Below are positions 60,060-64,000 of a stretch of 64,000 nucleotides of DNA, one piece after another; positions within the stretch are counted from its first letter, which is position 1, and each line of letters starts with the position of its first letter. Made by a program: the position numbers and the translations under genes. Under the pieces are notes generated by a model. That model did no database searches, had not been told where the DNA came from, and saw only the letters and a list, made by a program, of their open reading frames with translations. The DNA is taken from NCBI GenBank assembly GCA_964016885.1, contig OZ024759.1:15500001-15564000 (forward strand), read 5' to 3'. This DNA is from Eledone cirrhosa (lineage: Eukaryota).

Positions 60060-60106
<47 letters not shown>

Positions 60107-60109
60107 TTA

Positions 60110-60572
60110 TGTCAGGTAACCAGTTGGTGCTACTGGTAACATGTATCCCAGTACAACCTGTCTCATGGTCGGGTCGTTGGCTACTAAACTGGCAACCCAC
60201 CAAGGTTTCTTGGTGAGGAGGGTGACTTTGGACATCCTCTAGGACTAAAAACAAAACCTGTCAAAGGGAAAAGGAGCTCTTAAGAGTCAATGGCCATCCA
60301 AAATCACCGGGAGAGATGACCCCTTAGCCTTTGTCAAGGCAGAATTCTATGAAAGAGAAAACTCTGATATAACACCTGCAACTCTGATGGTATCCAATGA
60401 TGTTGACTTGTTCTTCTTTTTGGTAAATATCATCTTGGTTAAGAGAGTGGGACTGGCTTTGTGCAGTGCCTTTGCTCACTATAAAAGCTTCACGGCACAG
60501 GCATTGCTTTATATCTGGAGATCTCTCTGCACTTGTCATCACATGGTACCATAGGCCCAGCACTATGTGTCA
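60110..60572 (+). mobile_element. Copy of the 31603-32211 repeat in the opposite orientation
   Basis: Reverse-complement match over ~460 bp, flanked by TA arrays. Confidence 0.9.
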
Positions 60573-60583
60573 ATATATATATG

Positions 60584-60641
<58 letters not shown>

Positions 60642-60910
60642 TACATATATATGTATGTATACATATATATATATACATATATATGTATGTATACATATAT
60701 ATATATATATATATACACATATATATGTATGTATACATATATATATATGTATATATATATGTATACATATATATCTATGGATATATATATGTATACATAT
60801 ATATATATATGGATATATATATGTATACATATATATATGGATATATATATATGTATACATACATATATATGTGTATATATATATAATACATACATATATA
60901 TATATATATA

Positions 60911-60941
<31 letters not shown>

Positions 60942-61324
60942 GTATTTATTGTGTATATATATATATATTTATATATATATATGTGTGTGTGTGTATTTAT
61001 TGTGTATATATATATATAATAAGTTGGCGGAACTAGTTTAGGTATCACTCTTAGGACTGGTTACAGCTCAGCGTACTCAATAGGTAGTGTTCAACAAACT
61101 CCTAGAGTATACACAGAGTTATTCGCTTCAATACAACACAAGTAAACGGGTACCTTCAGGACTTCCCGAACTCAAGTTTCGGCCACACTTAATGCGGCAA
61201 TAGGGTGCACTGCACCCTCTGTCCTTATATATTATTCAACAATGCACAATCGGCGCATAAGGCTTCATGACCGAATTTCACCTAATCAATAACTATTCGA
61301 TCGACGGAATATATATATATAATA

Positions 61325-61518
61325 TTTAATATGGAAATGGCTTCTACAGGACTAGAACTATTTCATTCGAAGAAAATCACCAGGAAACCGCTGATGGTTA
61401 CTTTCAAATGAAACAGCGCTAGTCCTGGATAACCCCATTTGTATATTATATATTGCATATACTCTACTATGTATTGAGAACCTTACTTACTGTAGTTAAC
61501 CACGATTGAAATAGGGGC
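61325..61518 (+). mobile_element. Family A fold-back, degenerate
   Basis: ATGGCTTCTACAGGACTAGAAC…CTGATGG…GAAACAGCGCTAGTCC…TATTGAGAACCTTACTTACTG. Confidence 0.75.
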
Positions 61519-61547
61519 ACACACATGCAGACATATATATGTATATA

Positions 61548-61742
61548 TATAGTAAAAAGTATGACCCCGACGGCTGAGCTCAAGCCGTTTCGACGGCTAT
61601 TCTGGACTAGAAATAGCCGTCGACACGGCTTGGGCTCTGCCGTCGGGGTCATACTTTTTCCTATTTCCCACTCTACTACCCTAAGTATTGAGTATTCTGG
61701 TGCGTTGTGGTCCATCTGCTTCCTTACCATAATTCCTTTGTT
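61548..61742 (+). mobile_element. Family B fold-back, diverged
   Basis: GACCCCGACGGCTGAGCTCAAGCCGTTTCGACGGCTA…GCCGTCGGGGTC plus tail. Confidence 0.85.
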
Positions 61743-61817
61743 TTATACATATATATATAAACAAGCACACACGTAAATATATATATATATATATACTTAC
61801 ATATTTGCGTGTGTGTT

Positions 61818-61852
<35 letters not shown>

Positions 61853-61862
<10 letters not shown>

Positions 61863-62129
61863 AGATTAAAAGATGGTTAAAAGAGTTCCATGTATTTTAT
61901 TATGCGCATTTCAAAAACAAATATCATCATGCAATAACATTTGTGTTTTCATCAGATAAAATAGGAAGACATGATATGAAGGTTAAAAACACTTGTGGAT
62001 AGTGCAGTTTTAAATCAACATTTTATTTGATGAAAACACAAATGTTATTGCATGATGATATTTGTTTTTGAAATGCGCATAATAAAATACATGGAACTCA
62101 TTTAACCATCTTTTGATCTTATATATTAT
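61853..62129. mobile_element. Family D fold-back (~108 bp arms, ~59 bp spacer)
   Basis: Arms ~61853-61961 and 62021-62129 are reverse complements with a few mismatches. Confidence 0.9.
61895..61961 (-). ncRNA. Type I hammerhead ribozyme motif with palindromic stem III (family D)
   Basis: UUUUAU-CUGAUGA-long AU-rich stem II-GAAAUGCGCAUA-AUAAAA; AUA triplet; mirror copy 62021-62087 has UUGAUGA. Confidence 0.75.
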
Positions 62130-62699
62130 GTATACTCCAGTCCTACAAACTGTAGAGTGCTTCTTATCCGATATCTGCATTGCTTTATTGTACTACAATA
62201 AAACTCACCTCCTACATATATATATATATATATATATATAAGTTTACCATACTCTCATATTAATATGCATTGTACTATAAAAAAAATCCACCCACATCAA
62301 TATTTCGAATATCATAAAGGATAGGAATATTCATTTAGTTATTTTATTTATACATATATATTCATACGCATATACACACATATCCACATAAACATATAAT
62401 CATATGTAAATATATATGTATTCATACACATATACATACATAATCATACACATATTCATGTATATACGTGTTCATATTTACATATATATATAGGAGGGTG
62501 CGATATGTGTGCGTATAATGATTTTCTCCCCTTCGTATTTATATTTTGTATACAGAGAAAACGAAAGTGAATGGACAAACATGCGGGAAACGAAACAAAA
62601 ACACAAAGGATAATGGCGGGAGATAGTAAAGAAGAAAATGTAGTTAAAAAATTATCAACAATACTTGTATAAAAGATAATAAAAACATCTATCTAGTTA

Positions 62700-62803
62700 A
62701 TCAATATAAATACATATATATATATATATATATACACATACATACATATATAATTATATGCACGTATGTATATATATACACATATATACACACATGTTTA
62801 TAT

Positions 62804-62848
<45 letters not shown>

Positions 62849-62871
62849 TACACATATACATATATACACAA

Positions 62872-62903
<32 letters not shown>

Positions 62904-63020
62904 ACATGTATATATATATATACATATATACATATATACACATATACATATATATATATATAATTATATACAGATGTATATATATATACATATACATATA
63001 TATGTGTGTGTGTGTGTATA

Positions 63021-63072
<52 letters not shown>

Positions 63073-63145
63073 CGTGTGTATATGCATATATATATAGATA
63101 TATATATGTATATATATATATATATATACATATATAGATATATAT

Positions 63146-63196
<51 letters not shown>

Positions 63197-63223
63197 CATA
63201 CATATATATATATATACATATAC

Positions 63224-63254
<31 letters not shown>

Positions 63255-63261
63255 CATATAC

Positions 63262-63328
<67 letters not shown>

Positions 63329-63517
63329 TAGATATATATATACATACATATATAGATATATATATACATACATATATATATATATATAGATATATATATA
63401 CATACATAGATATATATATACATACATATAGATATATATATATACATACATAGATATATATATACATACATAGATATATATATATACATACATAGATATA
63501 TATATATACATACATAG

Positions 63518-63562
<45 letters not shown>
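62700..63562. repeat. (TA)n compound microsatellite
   Basis: Direct reading. Confidence 0.95.
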
Positions 63563-63565
<3 letters not shown>

Positions 63566-63959
63566 ATATCTCGGTCCTGTTGAACATTCTTCCCAGTCCT
63601 AAAAAAAAAACAGCCATTGGGAGTGACGGCAAGAGGTTATTGTTCTAGGAATTGATCAACAAAGCTATTTCAATCACGGTAGAAATATCGATTACTATAT
63701 CCAATATTCTTCGGAATTCTTCAATGCCAAAATATTTCATAAAAATGCAAATCAAAGGTAACTGGTTTGTGACTCTCTTCACAAGAATTCTTTGATTCCG
63801 CAGCTCAATGACGTTTTAGTTGTGGAGAGAAGATAGATGAGACAGAATTGGAAAAGACAATAAAACCTCAATGCATAAGCATGCATACAGATACACGCTT
63901 TCTCTCCCTCACACACACACACACAGATATATGTGTGTAAAAGGATATACACATATGCA

Positions 63960-64000
<41 letters not shown>

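Noticed and set aside
63565-63850. Possible minus-strand exon
   Set aside because: Open stretch of ~55 codons without a recognisable motif or clear splice sites

Overview
Eukaryotic, very AT-rich, repeat-saturated window with no confidently identifiable host gene. The (TA)n seas and SINE types suggest a cephalopod (octopus-like) genome; this is inference. Nearly all long ORFs in the track are translations of microsatellites. Real coding remnants are all mobile elements: two 5'-truncated CR1/L2-group reverse transcriptases with open frames, a Tx1/L1-like 3' fragment, a CRE-clade RLE-endonuclease fragment, an RTE 3' end, and a Merlin/IS1595-type transposase C-terminus trapped in a fold-back. 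There are many tRNA-derived SINEs and several MITEs. The main unannotated signal is a set of short non-coding fold-back elements sitting in (TA)n arrays. Three sequence-unrelated families (A, C, D) carry type I hammerhead-ribozyme folds, two more (B, E) carry only the 3' half of one, and four of these five share a downstream TATTGAGTAC-like motif. This points to non-autonomous Penelope-like/retrozyme elements. A ~2.8 kb tandem duplication shows reciprocal empty and filled sites for two of them. All calls were made by eye; coordinates of repeats are approximate.
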